Shown one piece after another: positions 26,844 through 36,945 of a DNA stretch of 64,000 bases (the stretch's first letter is position 1; the number at the start of each line of letters is the position of its first letter). The position numbers were made by a program, and so were the translations under genes. Below the pieces are notes generated by a model. The model worked only from the letters and a program-made list of their open reading frames with translations, was not told the DNA's origin and made no database searches. The stretch comes from an uncultured delta proteobacterium (lineage in GTDB: Bacteria; Myxococcota_A; Polyangia; Polyangiales; Polyangiaceae): the NCBI GenBank assembly GCA_963806225.1, contig CAWDXG010000004.1, positions 2,272,001 to 2,336,000 of the forward strand, given 5' to 3'.

Positions 26844-28360
26844 GCGATCGGGACACTGCCGACACGGAGACCCTCGTTGCAACGCGCAATGCGCTGCAAC
26901 TGGGCGGCTCCCTGCTCTTCACCTGGGCGATTGCGCTCACGATTCGACTCCTCCTGCCGCGCTATCTGGGGCCGGAGCTGTTCGGCACGCTGAGCTTCGC
27001 CGACGCCTTCACGACGACCTTCTTCCTGGCTCTCGGCCTCGGCGCCGAGGTCTACATCCGCAAGTTCGTGGCGGTGCATTTCGAACACGCGAGCGACTTC
27101 TTCGGCGGCACGTTCGTTCTGAGGATCCTGATGGCGGCAGGGATCGTCGGGGCGATGGCTGTCGTGATGCACCTCACGCACCGCCCGCCCCAGGTCCGTC
27201 AACTCGTCTACCTGTTCGCCGGCGCGCAGTTCCTCATCAACGCGAACGCAACGCTAGCTGCACTGCTTCACGCGCGGGGCAGGGTCGGCGGGATGTCCGT
27301 GCTCTCGGTCGCCACCAAGGTCGCCTGGGGTGCGGGTGTGCTGATCGCACTGTTCTCGCACGCGGGGCTCGTGGGAATCGCCCTCGCCTATGTCGTGGCC
27401 GAGAGCATCAAGTGCGCCTTCCTCTTCGGCCTGGCGAAGCGCCACCTCGGATTGGTCTTCCGCGTGGACGTTTCCGCCACCAAGGCCATGATCGTCTCCA
27501 GCCTGCCCTTCTACCTGAACGCCTTCGCCACGTCGGGATATGGCAAGCTGGATGTCTCGCTGCTCGCGTTCTTCGTTTCCGCCCGCGAGGTCGGGTGGTA
27601 CGCGGGAGCGTCGGCCATTGCAGGCCTGACGCTGCTCATCACTCCTCTCATCGGCTGGGTACTGATGCCGACGTTCGCGCGTGCCGCGGAACGCTCGCGG
27701 GAGGAGCTCTTCGAACGCATCCGGCGTTCCACGGAGCTCATTCTAGTCATCGCCATCCCGGTCTCGCTGCTCGTGATCCTCGGCGCCAGCGTTTTCGTGC
27801 ACACGCTGTTCGGCGAAGCATTCGCGCCAGCCGCGCTGGCACTGAGGATCCTCGCCGGAACGTTCGTGGTGACCTACATCGCGGTGGTGTACGCCATCTC
27901 CCTTCTCATGTTGGACCGTGCGTGGACGCTGACGGCCATCTCCGTAGGCGGCCTCTGCGTCAACGTGGTCCTGAATCTCGTCTTCGTGCGCCACTCCATC
28001 GGGTGGTTTGGAACCGGAGGCGGCGGGGCCGGCGCGGCGCTCGCGATGCTCGGCACGGAAATCTTCGTAACGAGCGCAATGTTCTCGGTGGTCGGTCGCA
28101 ACGCTTTCGATCGCCGAACCCTGACGATGCTAGGCAAGAGCCTTTTCGCCTGTGCCGTCGTACTGGGCGTCGATCGGTTGTTGCAGCCGATGGCGTGGGC
28201 CCGGGTCATGCTCGACGCAGCGACCTATCTCGTGATCGTTCTCGCGACGGGCGCACTGCGCGCGCGGGAAATGCTCGATGTGGTGCGGGCCGCGATGCGC
28301 CGCCAGCCGGCGCTCGCAGCGCAACCCTTGTCGTCACGTACCGCACAGCAGGACGGGTAG
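26840..28360 (+). CDS. wzx: Wzx flippase
   Basis: About 12-14 TM helices; PRYLGPELFG and EVGWYAGA motifs; GTG start overlaps the upstream stop. Confidence 0.9.
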   Translation: MSDRDTADTETLVATRNALQLGGSLLFTWAIALTIRLLLPRYLGPELFGTLSFADAFTTTFFLALGLGAEVYIRKFVAVHFEHASDFFGGTFVLRILMAAGIVGAMAVVMHLTHRPPQVRQLVYLFAGAQFLINANATLAALLHARGRVGGMSVLSVATKVAWGAGVLIALFSHAGLVGIALAYVVAESIKCAFLFGLAKRHLGLVFRVDVSATKAMIVSSLPFYLNAFATSGYGKLDVSLLAFFVSAREVGWYAGASAIAGLTLLITPLIGWVLMPTFARAAERSREELFERIRRSTELILVIAIPVSLLVILGASVFVHTLFGEAFAPAALALRILAGTFVVTYIAVVYAISLLMLDRAWTLTAISVGGLCVNVVLNLVFVRHSIGWFGTGGGGAGAALAMLGTEIFVTSAMFSVVGRNAFDRRTLTMLGKSLFACAVVLGVDRLLQPMAWARVMLDAATYLVIVLATGALRAREMLDVVRAAMRRQPALAAQPLSSRTAQQDG

Positions 28361-28362
28361 GG

Positions 28363-28860
28363 ATGACAATGCTCTACTTGCTTTCGGAACGCCTGGAGAC
28401 ATGGAGCGCCCGGTACAAGCTCCGGAACGCGGCGTACGTGGGCCTCCAGCCATGCGTGCAGGGAAACGTATGGATCCACGGAAAAGGCGAAGTCCAGATC
28501 GGTGATCGCGTGGTTCTGGATGGCAGCTTCGCGCCGATCGAGCTCCACACCTGGGCCGGCGCAGTCATCATCATCGGTGACGATTGCTATGTCGGCAGCG
28601 GAACCTCCATCGAGGCGACCAGTTCCATCAGGCTCGGTGCACGCGTTCGGGTCGGCGCGTTCTGTCGCGTGATGGACAATCACTTCCACGCGATAACCGG
28701 CGATCGTCGCGCGCTTCCTTCGCCACGGCCGGTCGTCGTGGAATCGGACGTTGAGATCGGCGCGCGGTCCATTCTGCTCGCCGGTGCGTGGGTGGCACGC
28801 GGCGCGACGATTGGCGCAGGCAGTGTGATCGCTCGTCGACTGCCGGCACGCGGGGCCTGA
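28363..28860 (+). CDS. Hexapeptide-repeat acyltransferase
   Basis: IGDRVVL, IGDDCYVG and IGAGSVI repeats; MDNHFH. Confidence 0.85.
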   Translation: MTMLYLLSERLETWSARYKLRNAAYVGLQPCVQGNVWIHGKGEVQIGDRVVLDGSFAPIELHTWAGAVIIIGDDCYVGSGTSIEATSSIRLGARVRVGAFCRVMDNHFHAITGDRRALPSPRPVVVESDVEIGARSILLAGAWVARGATIGAGSVIARRLPARGA

Positions 28861-29192
28861 GTGTGCGCGCGACATCCTGCGCCAAGCGTCGGGAATCCGT
28901 TTGGAAATGCCCGCGTGGTCCAAGCGCGGGCATGATCGACGGCGACTGCCTACATGTAGGTTTGACGGACCATGACTTCGACGTCATCCCACGAATCTGC
29001 CGTCGCGCTTCGATGACGACGGCAGAGGTGGCTGCATCGATGACGTCGGCGCAACGCCTCGTTTCGTCCCCCCCCAAACTGTAACCCCCCCAACAAGCAC
29101 CACCGCCTCCCCCGCGGTGGTCCGCGCCACCGGCCCCCCGCGTGGCACGTCGGCCTCGCTCTTTCGAGCAGAGGAACACTACGAGTGTGCCC

Positions 29193-30647
29193 ATGAAGTA
29201 CCAACTCCTCGCGTGTTCGATCGTGGCGGCGAGCCTCGCGCTCGCGTGTAGCGCCGCACCCGGCGGCGCTCCGGATGGTTCCGGCGGCAGCGCCGGGACG
29301 AGCGGTTCCGGCGGCAGTGCCGGGACGAGCGGTTCCGGCGGCAGTGCCGGGACGAGCGGTTCCGGCGGCAGTGCCGGGTCGAGCGGTTCCGGCGGCAGTG
29401 CCGGGTCGAGCGGTTCCGGCGGCAGCGCCGGGTCGAGCGGTTCCGGCGGCAGCGCCGGGTCGAGCGGTTCCGGCGGCAGCGCCGGGACGAGCGGTTCCGG
29501 CGGCAGTGCCGGGTCGAGCGGTTCCGGCGGCAGCGCCGGGTCCGGCACGGGCGGAAGCGGCGGAAGCGGCGGCGGTCCGCCTCCCGTCTCGAACAAGGCC
29601 GCAATGCCCCGCATCAGCGTGGGACAGCCCACGTACGCCAAGTACGATTCCGGCGCGGCAGCCGAAGCCACCGACGGCGACTACGGCAGCGTGTGGCGTT
29701 CGTCCCACATCCCGTCGGCCGGCGATCCGGACTGGGTCGCCATCGATCTGTCGAGCGTCCCCGCAGCCCAGCGCAAGACCGTGTACTCGGTCTGGTTCAA
29801 CGAGGACGGTTACAACTACGACACCTCCGACGCCAACAGCTACACCCTGCCCGGCGACTTCCAGCTCCAGGCGAATGCGGCAGCTGGTGGAGCGCAGCCG
29901 CCTGGCAGCGGCTGGGTGACGCTGGCTAGCAGGACGGGGAACACGCTCAGCTCGGGCGCCGATCTGCTCGACCTGACCGGCTACAACTGGGTCCGTTTCT
30001 ACTGCACGGCGCACGCTCCGAACGCCGCCGCGCAGAACCTGGATCTGTCCCTGCAGTGGACGCTGTACGACGCCCACGCCGGCAACGACGGCTGGAAGTT
30101 CGGGGGTGACTCGATCACCGCGAACTCGATGGGGCACCAGGGCTCCAACGACAGCTTCAACCAGCTCGTCCACGCCCAGGTGAAGAACTTCCCGGCCTTC
30201 GAGATGGCGGGACACGGCGGATGGACGGCGCCCCAGATGCTACAGGCCATCGATGCCTACCTCGCCGATTTCCCCGGCCTGTACTTCGGGCTCTCGCTCG
30301 GCACGAACGACGCCCCCGGCAACGATCCGACGGGCTTCAAGCAAGAGATGTCCCAGCTCGTCGACAAGGTCCTCGCCGCAAAGAGGATCCCGGTCATACC
30401 GACCATCCCGTACACGGGCGATCCGTCCCACGTGAACGCGGTTCCGAAGTACAACGCGCAGATCCAGGCACTGTACACGCAGTACGGGAAGCAGGTCGTG
30501 CACGGGCCGGACCTGTACACGATCCTCTACCAGGGACGCGCTGCGATGTTCGACAGCCCGACCGATCTGCATCCCAACGCGACCGGAAACCACGCGATCC
30601 GCCAGGCGTGGGCCGACGCGATGGTGAAGAACGTGTATTCGAAGTAG
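29193..30647 (+). CDS. SGNH/GDSL-family lipoprotein with N-terminal galactose-binding-like domain
   Basis: LALAC lipobox, Gly/Ser linker, ATDGD..W..WVAIDL, GDSITA, GTND and DLHP motifs. Confidence 0.85.
   Translation: MKYQLLACSIVAASLALACSAAPGGAPDGSGGSAGTSGSGGSAGTSGSGGSAGTSGSGGSAGSSGSGGSAGSSGSGGSAGSSGSGGSAGSSGSGGSAGTSGSGGSAGSSGSGGSAGSGTGGSGGSGGGPPPVSNKAAMPRISVGQPTYAKYDSGAAAEATDGDYGSVWRSSHIPSAGDPDWVAIDLSSVPAAQRKTVYSVWFNEDGYNYDTSDANSYTLPGDFQLQANAAAGGAQPPGSGWVTLASRTGNTLSSGADLLDLTGYNWVRFYCTAHAPNAAAQNLDLSLQWTLYDAHAGNDGWKFGGDSITANSMGHQGSNDSFNQLVHAQVKNFPAFEMAGHGGWTAPQMLQAIDAYLADFPGLYFGLSLGTNDAPGNDPTGFKQEMSQLVDKVLAAKRIPVIPTIPYTGDPSHVNAVPKYNAQIQALYTQYGKQVVHGPDLYTILYQGRAAMFDSPTDLHPNATGNHAIRQAWADAMVKNVYSK
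29277..29546 (+). repeat. 27-bp tandem repeat (~10 copies) encoding GSGGSAG(T/S)S
   Basis: ggttccggcggcag(c/t)gccggg(a/t)cgagc repeated. Confidence 0.95.
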
Positions 30648-30661
30648 GCGCGTGCAGCGTC

Positions 30662-30685
30662 GGGTTCCGCTCGCGGGCGGAACCC
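30662..30685. terminator. Hairpin between convergent SGNH genes
   Basis: GGGTTCCGC-TCGCGG-GCGGAACCC, perfect 9-bp stem, no U-tract. Confidence 0.45.
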
Positions 30686-30689
30686 AACG

Positions 30690-31870
30690 TCAGCGTCCGG
30701 CGGGCCGCGAATAGAGCGGATCGACCGCCGCCGCCCAGAGGCGGTTGATCGCCTCGATGCCGCGCTCGTCCGGGTGCAGTCCGTCGCGAAGCTGCTCCGG
30801 GTGGGCGCGGAAGTACGCGTAGAGGTCCGGCCCAGCCGGCAGCGAATTGCCGCGCTGGAGCTCGTCGATCACGGCGTTGAACTCCGGGATCGTCGAGTGG
30901 TTGCCATCGGTCGAATACGGAATGCGCGCCAGGATCGGGACGTGCCCAGCAGCGCGGACGCGATCGATGATTTTCTGCATGCTCTTCCGGAAGCGCGCCG
31001 TGTCCCGCGAGTCGCCCGCCGAATCGTTCGAGCCGTAGCCGATGCCCCAGAATCGGGCGTCCGGGTTCTTCCGGAGCCAAGCGTCGATGTGCCGGACGCC
31101 GTCATCGGCCTTGTCGCCACCCACGCCGCCATTGATCACGGCGGGATAGTGGCCGGGATGCCGGCGCTGCACGTCGGTCGCGAATCCCCGGCCCTTCGCC
31201 ACACTGCTGCCAAACGCGAACGCGGTGATGCTGTCGCCCATGAAGAACCACGTGTCGCTGGCTCCGGCCGAGATGTCATACACGTCGAGGCGATCGAGCT
31301 GCACTCCGTTCGGACTCCGGGCAGGCGCAGCGGTCACCACGACCTTCACCCAGCGCTGCCCTGCGAAGTCGAACGCGTGCGCTCCTGCGTGCGTGGACAC
31401 GCGCGGCACGTCCGCCGCGATTGTCCAACTGCCGTCCTTTCCGTCGTCCGAATCTGCCGAGGTCTCGATCCGGAATGCGCCGGGGCTGCCGTAGTCCGTC
31501 TCGTTGTAGTTGAAGCTCCCGGCGGCGCTCCAGACGACCAGGACGCGGCGTGGACCCGTACCGACATCGATCGCCACCCAAGCCGGACGCCCCGGCATCG
31601 GCTTGCCGGCGCCCCAGAGGGTCGACCGGTCACCGTCCACCAGCGATTCCGGGCGGGAAAATCGAGCGGAGTCCAGGCCTCCACGGGCCTACCGCGGGAA
31701 ACGACCGGATTCGGGGCAACGAAGCGTTGTGCGGCCGCTCCCGCCCGTGCTGTCGACTGGGCCCGGAAAGCAGGCGCTGTCACCGCACGTGCGTCCCGGG
31801 CCGGAACGCACGACGCCAGAACCACGGCGAAAAGCAATCGACCGTACAGAATACGGCTCGCCCCGGGCCG
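30690..31870 (-). CDS. SGNH/GDSL-family protein, paralog of 29193..30647, frameshifted near 31670 (start uncertain)
   Basis: 30690..31640 holds VDGD..WVAIDV, GDSITA, GSND and DGLHP; the signal/lipobox LLFAVVLASC and NPVVSRGRP lie in another frame upstream. Confidence 0.75.
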
Positions 31871-31900
31871 CCCGGCGACACATGCTGATTCTGGCGATCC

Positions 31901-32071
31901 ATGCTCCGGAAACTGCTCCTGGTTTCGATCCTGTTCGCGAACGTGGCGATTCCGATCTGGGCTGCGCGCGAGCGGAGTTCCCGACAAGGACTGAAGAAGC
32001 TGATTGTCTCGATGCTTCTTTTCGACCTGGTCTACGTTGCGGCGCTGGTCGTGCTCTACCCGCGGCTGTGA
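31901..32071 (+). CDS. 56-aa two-helix membrane protein
   Basis: MLRKLLLVSILFANVAIPIWAARERSSRQGLKKLIVSMLLFDLVYVAALVVLYPRL; below the ORF track cutoff and fills the gap exactly. Confidence 0.75.
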   Translation: MLRKLLLVSILFANVAIPIWAARERSSRQGLKKLIVSMLLFDLVYVAALVVLYPRL

Positions 32072-32091
32072 CGCAGGCGAGCGCGCGGCGG

Positions 32092-32424
32092 TCACGGGGC
32101 ACCTGCCTCATTCAGAGCGGTGAGCAGGCGATCTTTCGCCTGCTCGGGCACGTCGAGGAACTCCACCGCCACGTCGCAACGGGCCGGCTGCCCGCTGGGG
32201 AGGAATTCAACCCATACGACCTGGGCGAGCAGCTCGAGCGTCGCTTCGCCCGGCATCAGGAGCTCGAGCTTCAGCCGGGTTCCGACGGGAATGCTCTCGT
32301 CGCTGTACATCCGCATGCCACCAAGGCTCACGTCCTTTACCGGACGGCGCGGACCGCGGAGCCCCGGAGAGCGCCAGAACACATTGGCGTTGAGCCTGGG
32401 ATAATGTCGTCGGTCCACTTGCAT
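32092..32424 (-). CDS. PilZ domain protein
   Basis: RHYPR (RxxxR) and DVSLGG (DxSxxG) c-di-GMP motifs; GGAG RBS. Confidence 0.9.
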   Translation of the reverse strand: MQVDRRHYPRLNANVFWRSPGLRGPRRPVKDVSLGGMRMYSDESIPVGTRLKLELLMPGEATLELLAQVVWVEFLPSGQPARCDVAVEFLDVPEQAKDRLLTALNEAGAP

Positions 32425-32438
32425 GTTCTCACCCTCCT

Positions 32439-34175
32439 TCAGGGTTGTCGCGCAAGGTGCACATCCAGCACCGTCATCGAGTAGGCGGGCAGCGAAACGT
32501 CCAGCGTGCCCTTTCGCACTCCGGGCGCGCCCCGCACGAAACCGGTCGGGCCGCCGCGGTACACGAAGCGCCGCTGCCCGGCGACGCGACCGCACGGCGT
32601 CATGTCCAGACTCGCCGCGATCAACGTCGCGGGATCGAGATCGAGCAGCACGATAATCATGTGCTTCCTGTCCGCGCTGCGCGACGCGAATACCGACAGC
32701 CGCTGGTCGTCGGATGCCGCAGGCACCGAGGTATCGAGAAAGCGACCGCCCCTGCCGTCGTAATTGCGGTACGCCAGGAAGGCGAAGTACGCCGGTGAGC
32801 TCCGAGCGGGAAAGTCCCAGTAGAACGCCGACCTGATGCCCTGCTGGCCGAAGCGGCCGAGCGCCTCGGCGACGGCGAGCCCTCCGCTCATGTGGGTTTC
32901 CGCCCCGAAGTTGTACTCGCCGATGGAGATGCCGAGACCGGGATGTTTCTCCGCAATCCACTTCTTCAGCCGCGGGACAAGCTCGATCGGCTTGCCGATC
33001 CACGACTCGTCCGTGTAGCGCGGATCCCAGAGCGAGCGCACGGAGTGGATGCGACGCGCGGCCGTGTCCGGATCGGTACTCCCCGACTTGCCGAGACCCA
33101 TGCCCTCGCCCTGCGGATAGAAGTGCACGTCGACGAGGTCGAGCAGGCGCACGCCCGTGCTCTTCTCGTGCGCTGCGATCCGCTCGAGCCACCACGGCAG
33201 GAGCGCCTCGCCACCGTGCCCGTCGCGATCGGGGTGCAGCGGGTGGGCCGCGTGGTCGACACCGGAGCCGAAGTATGCCGGCCAGCCCCACAGCGCGGGC
33301 CCCGCAATCACCGCACCCGGGTCGGCTTCGCGGACAGCGGTCGCGTAGGCGATGGTGCGCTTGAGCAACTCGTCATACGAGACGGGCGCGGGATGGACGT
33401 CGCGATGCGTGTCGTTCCAGAGCATCGGCTCGTTGCCGAGGATGTACATCTGCACGCCACGACGACCACGCGCGCGGTCGGCCTTCCGGATCGCCTGGAC
33501 CCAGCGCCCGATGCTGGCGGGGGGCATGGGCACGCTGGTGCGCTCGGGCGGACCCGACTTCAGCGGCTTTCCGTCCGGGCTCACGCCGTTGCCGACGTCC
33601 GGATGTCCGGGCTCGGTGGCCTGCTGGGGTCCGTAGACGGACACGGGGAAGCTGTAGGAGCTGGTGTCCTTGGCAGCCCAGCCAATCATCGGAATCGTGA
33701 GCGCGGTGGCCATGCCGTGCGCGAGGTCCTCGTCGATGAAGCGCGCGTACGCCGGCCCTGGCTTTCCGTCGAAGTCGACGTTCTTGAAGAACCAGTCCTT
33801 GCCGGTGCTCCAGGCGTTGCCGAGCTCCCAGTTGTAGCGGCTGGTGTGGTTGCCACCCCAGCGACGCGCGGTCGCTCCGAGCTGCCACTGGTAGGCGTCG
33901 TGATGCATCGGCTGCTCGGCAATGCCGTAGATGAGCGGGCTGATGCGGTGGGCGGGCGCCTCGCACTGGATCACGACGCCCACGGGCAAACTGCCTGCCG
34001 ACGACACTTCGCCGGGTTGTCGTGCCGCCCAGGGCGGAGCCGGCGCCGCCCTGTGGACCGCCTGCGGCGGCACGCTGGCCCGCCCCCCGCAACGTGCGAG
34101 CGAGGCCAGGAGTGCACCGCCGACCAGCGTGAACGCCACACCCACTCCGAGCGAGAACATCCCCACGCGTGTCAT
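32439..34175 (-). CDS. Glycoside hydrolase family 44 (EpsB-like)
   Basis: ISPLIYG, RWGGN..SRYNW, GNEP acid/base, DVHFYPQ, RSLWDP.Y and IGEYNFG nucleophile. Confidence 0.9.
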   Translation of the reverse strand: MTRVGMFSLGVGVAFTLVGGALLASLARCGGRASVPPQAVHRAAPAPPWAARQPGEVSSAGSLPVGVVIQCEAPAHRISPLIYGIAEQPMHHDAYQWQLGATARRWGGNHTSRYNWELGNAWSTGKDWFFKNVDFDGKPGPAYARFIDEDLAHGMATALTIPMIGWAAKDTSSYSFPVSVYGPQQATEPGHPDVGNGVSPDGKPLKSGPPERTSVPMPPASIGRWVQAIRKADRARGRRGVQMYILGNEPMLWNDTHRDVHPAPVSYDELLKRTIAYATAVREADPGAVIAGPALWGWPAYFGSGVDHAAHPLHPDRDGHGGEALLPWWLERIAAHEKSTGVRLLDLVDVHFYPQGEGMGLGKSGSTDPDTAARRIHSVRSLWDPRYTDESWIGKPIELVPRLKKWIAEKHPGLGISIGEYNFGAETHMSGGLAVAEALGRFGQQGIRSAFYWDFPARSSPAYFAFLAYRNYDGRGGRFLDTSVPAASDDQRLSVFASRSADRKHMIIVLLDLDPATLIAASLDMTPCGRVAGQRRFVYRGGPTGFVRGAPGVRKGTLDVSLPAYSMTVLDVHLARQP

Positions 34176-35365
34176 CAGAGCTCCCCCTCTCTGGGTGTGC
34201 GGACCCATTCGCCGCGTCGCGCCGCCGAGCGCCTGCGTAGCAGTGTGAGCTTCCAGAGAATGTACGCCGGCGCCACAGCCAGGGTGACCAGCCCGCCCAG
34301 ACCCGTGTTCGAGAGCTTCCAGCCCCGGAGACCGTAGACGGTGAGACCCAGCAGACAACCGAGCCACAGCCACAGCACTCCGCTCGGGCGGCCGTCGATC
34401 CATGACAGCGCCGCCGAGGCCACCAGACCCGACGCGCCCAGCAGGATCAGCGTCGCCAGCGGAGGAACCAGGAGGTCGAGCGCGAGATCGAACGCGATCC
34501 AGTCCCGTCGTAGGAGGCCCCGGTGGAAGAGCTGCCAGGCATGCCGCCGCGCCATCTGCCGGCGCCCCTCCTCCCAGCGCTGGCGCTGCAGGCGGCTACC
34601 CCGCTCGTGGGCGGGCATCTCGCCGGACACGCGCACTTCGGGTGCGAACTCGACCGCATAGCCCGCCTCGCCGAGACGCAGGGCGTATTCCAGATCCTCG
34701 ACGATGGAGAACGCACGGTAGGGGACCTCCTTCAGCAGCGCCGCGCTGAAACACATGCCGTTGCCGTGCAGTCCCGACGACAGGCCGAGACGCTGGCGAG
34801 CCGTCGAACGCAGCGTATGCACCGTCGCCAGCGCGATCGCCATCAGCCGCGTTCGCCACGAGGCGCGCGGGTTCGCCACGGAGTAGTCGGCCTGGATGGC
34901 CCGGGCACCGAGCTCGAGGCGCGCAGCGAATGCCAGGAGCAGGTTCCGGGAAACGACGGTATCGGCGTCAACGACGACCACCGCGTCGGCACGTCCTTCG
35001 CGCAGACTGCGCTCGAAGGCTTCCACGAGCGCATAGCCCTTGCCCCGCTTCGTCGGGTCGTTCCGGAGGACGATCCCGGCGCCGGCGCCGGCGGCTATGG
35101 CAGCCGTGTCGTCGCTGCAGTTGTCGGCGACGACCACCACGTTGAACAGCGCGCGCGGATAGTCCACGCCGAGCAGGCTCGCGACGGTGCGCGCGACGTT
35201 GCGCGCCTCGTTGTGCGCCGGAACCACGATATCGAAGTGGAAGTGCGGCGGGACGGCCGGAGGCGTGTCCCCGCGCCACGACAAGGCCGAGAGCAACACG
35301 AGGTATCCCGTCGCGGCAACTTCGGGCACTGCCAGGGCAGCCAGTACGACCTCACCCGTGTTCAT
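34175..35365 (-). CDS. GT2 glycosyltransferase
   Basis: VPAHNE, ADNCSD, GKGYAL, DAD, GNGM, ED and QRQRW motifs. Confidence 0.93.
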   Translation of the reverse strand: MNTGEVVLAALAVPEVAATGYLVLLSALSWRGDTPPAVPPHFHFDIVVPAHNEARNVARTVASLLGVDYPRALFNVVVVADNCSDDTAAIAAGAGAGIVLRNDPTKRGKGYALVEAFERSLREGRADAVVVVDADTVVSRNLLLAFAARLELGARAIQADYSVANPRASWRTRLMAIALATVHTLRSTARQRLGLSSGLHGNGMCFSAALLKEVPYRAFSIVEDLEYALRLGEAGYAVEFAPEVRVSGEMPAHERGSRLQRQRWEEGRRQMARRHAWQLFHRGLLRRDWIAFDLALDLLVPPLATLILLGASGLVASAALSWIDGRPSGVLWLWLGCLLGLTVYGLRGWKLSNTGLGGLVTLAVAPAYILWKLTLLRRRSAARRGEWVRTPREGEL

Positions 35366-36945
35366 GCGGCAGCCGCCCCTTCCTTCTTCCCGGTCACGCG
35401 CTCTTCCGACACCACGAAAACGCGCTTGCGCTGGACACGCGGAGCAGCAGGCTGCTCGCCCGGCTTTTCGCGATCCGACCAGACGCCGGTCGCGACCGCG
35501 AGCTGGCCGATCACGGCGAGCGCGGGTGCCACCGTGAACACGCTGGTCCAGCTGCCGAGCGCCATGTCCCCATAGCAGTGCGCGAGGTAGACAACGATGT
35601 ATCCGGTGCTGGCCAGAGCGGCGACGCGGTCGCCGGAGTCACGTGCCCGCCGGTAGACGCGCGCAGCGAAGAAGATCGCCACCGAATAGATGCTCCACAG
35701 CGCCGCGAATCCGACAATGCCGCCGTACGCCCAGAGTCCGAGGATGCTGTTGTGCGGGACGTACCGGTAGAGCTTGTACACCTGCGAGATGTCCGGCAGC
35801 TTCACGAGCTCGATGTACCCGTGCCCGTAGCCTGCCCCCACGAGCGGATTCTGGCGCAACGTGTAGACCAGATCGTAGTTTTCCCAATCGCGCCACTCGG
35901 TCGATCGGTTCACGTCCGAGTCGACCACCGAGCGCGCGATCTCGACGGGGGCGAACGTCTCCGAGCTCGCGCTCCATCCGACGGCGATGTACAGGAGCAC
36001 CACCGGCGACGCCACGATCACCGCGCGCGTTACCGCCCGCCGGGCGCGGGTCCACGGCGTCAGGGAGTACAACGCAAACATCCCCACGGCCAGGTCGACC
36101 CAGACGATACGACGCGTGTTGGCGATCATGCCCGCCACCAGGATCGGCAACACGATGGCCGCGAACAGCACGCGCTTCCGGTCGAAACGCTCGAAGAGAA
36201 GTGCCACAACCAGGCAGACCGCTCCAGCGAAGAGCATCGAGTCCGGATGCGTCGTCGCGTACTCGAGCGCCGGTTGCCCCGCGGGCGGGACCACCGTCTC
36301 GCGGACATAGACGGCCAGCGCGGCCCGGATGCACGCGGCGAGGATGAGCACCTTTGCCAGCGCCGCCCTGTCCTTTGCCCCGCGCAGCGCAACGGCGAAC
36401 AGGAAGAAGAAGATGGGCAGGTACCCGACGCGCTGGACCTGCCAGAGCGAGCTCGCAAAGTCCGCTCCGCCGCGCGCGATGCCCCACAGCCACATGCCAA
36501 GAGCGGCCACGGGGATCAACAGGACGAAGAAGCGCATGGGGCGGGCGACAGCAACCCGACCGGCCCTGTCGATCAGGGAGCGGGCGGCCCAGCGGTAGAG
36601 CGCGACCGCCACCAGGTAGACCAGGATCAGGTCCAGCCCGGAGAACATCATCCACTTCTGGTCGAACGTGACGTTGAGGTGCACCATCAGCACCGCGCCG
36701 ATCGGATAGAGCGGCGACTTCCAGAGGCCCTGGGCGGGGTCGTCACCGGGGTTTTCCAGCGTCAGCGCCAGAAGTGTGAGGACGAGCAGCGGATAGCGCA
36801 GCGGCAGCTTCCAGATGGCGTACAGGACTGCAAAGAGGAGCGTCGGCGCGAGCGCCAGGCCGACGTTTCCGTTGCCGACCACGAGCATCACCAGCGTGAG
36901 CCCGCACAGAAGCACGACGGAGGCCGCGAAGAAGAACGACTTCAT
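35362..36945 (-). CDS. wzy: Wzy polymerase / O-antigen ligase family protein
   Basis: Polytopic; NTRR, NPLVGAGYG and PHNSILG motifs. Confidence 0.85.
   Translation of the reverse strand: MKSFFFAASVVLLCGLTLVMLVVGNGNVGLALAPTLLFAVLYAIWKLPLRYPLLVLTLLALTLENPGDDPAQGLWKSPLYPIGAVLMVHLNVTFDQKWMMFSGLDLILVYLVAVALYRWAARSLIDRAGRVAVARPMRFFVLLIPVAALGMWLWGIARGGADFASSLWQVQRVGYLPIFFFLFAVALRGAKDRAALAKVLILAACIRAALAVYVRETVVPPAGQPALEYATTHPDSMLFAGAVCLVVALLFERFDRKRVLFAAIVLPILVAGMIANTRRIVWVDLAVGMFALYSLTPWTRARRAVTRAVIVASPVVLLYIAVGWSASSETFAPVEIARSVVDSDVNRSTEWRDWENYDLVYTLRQNPLVGAGYGHGYIELVKLPDISQVYKLYRYVPHNSILGLWAYGGIVGFAALWSIYSVAIFFAARVYRRARDSGDRVAALASTGYIVVYLAHCYGDMALGSWTSVFTVAPALAVIGQLAVATGVWSDREKPGEQPAAPRVQRKRVFVVSEERVTGKKEGAAAA

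Noticed and set aside
28788..29084. Short ORFs in the gap after the second acetyltransferase
   Set aside because: No RBS, no recognisable domain, and conflicting frames
29277..29546. 27-bp arrays (also 47398-47540) as iterons or CRISPR
   Set aside because: They have no spacers and encode Gly/Ser linkers in frame
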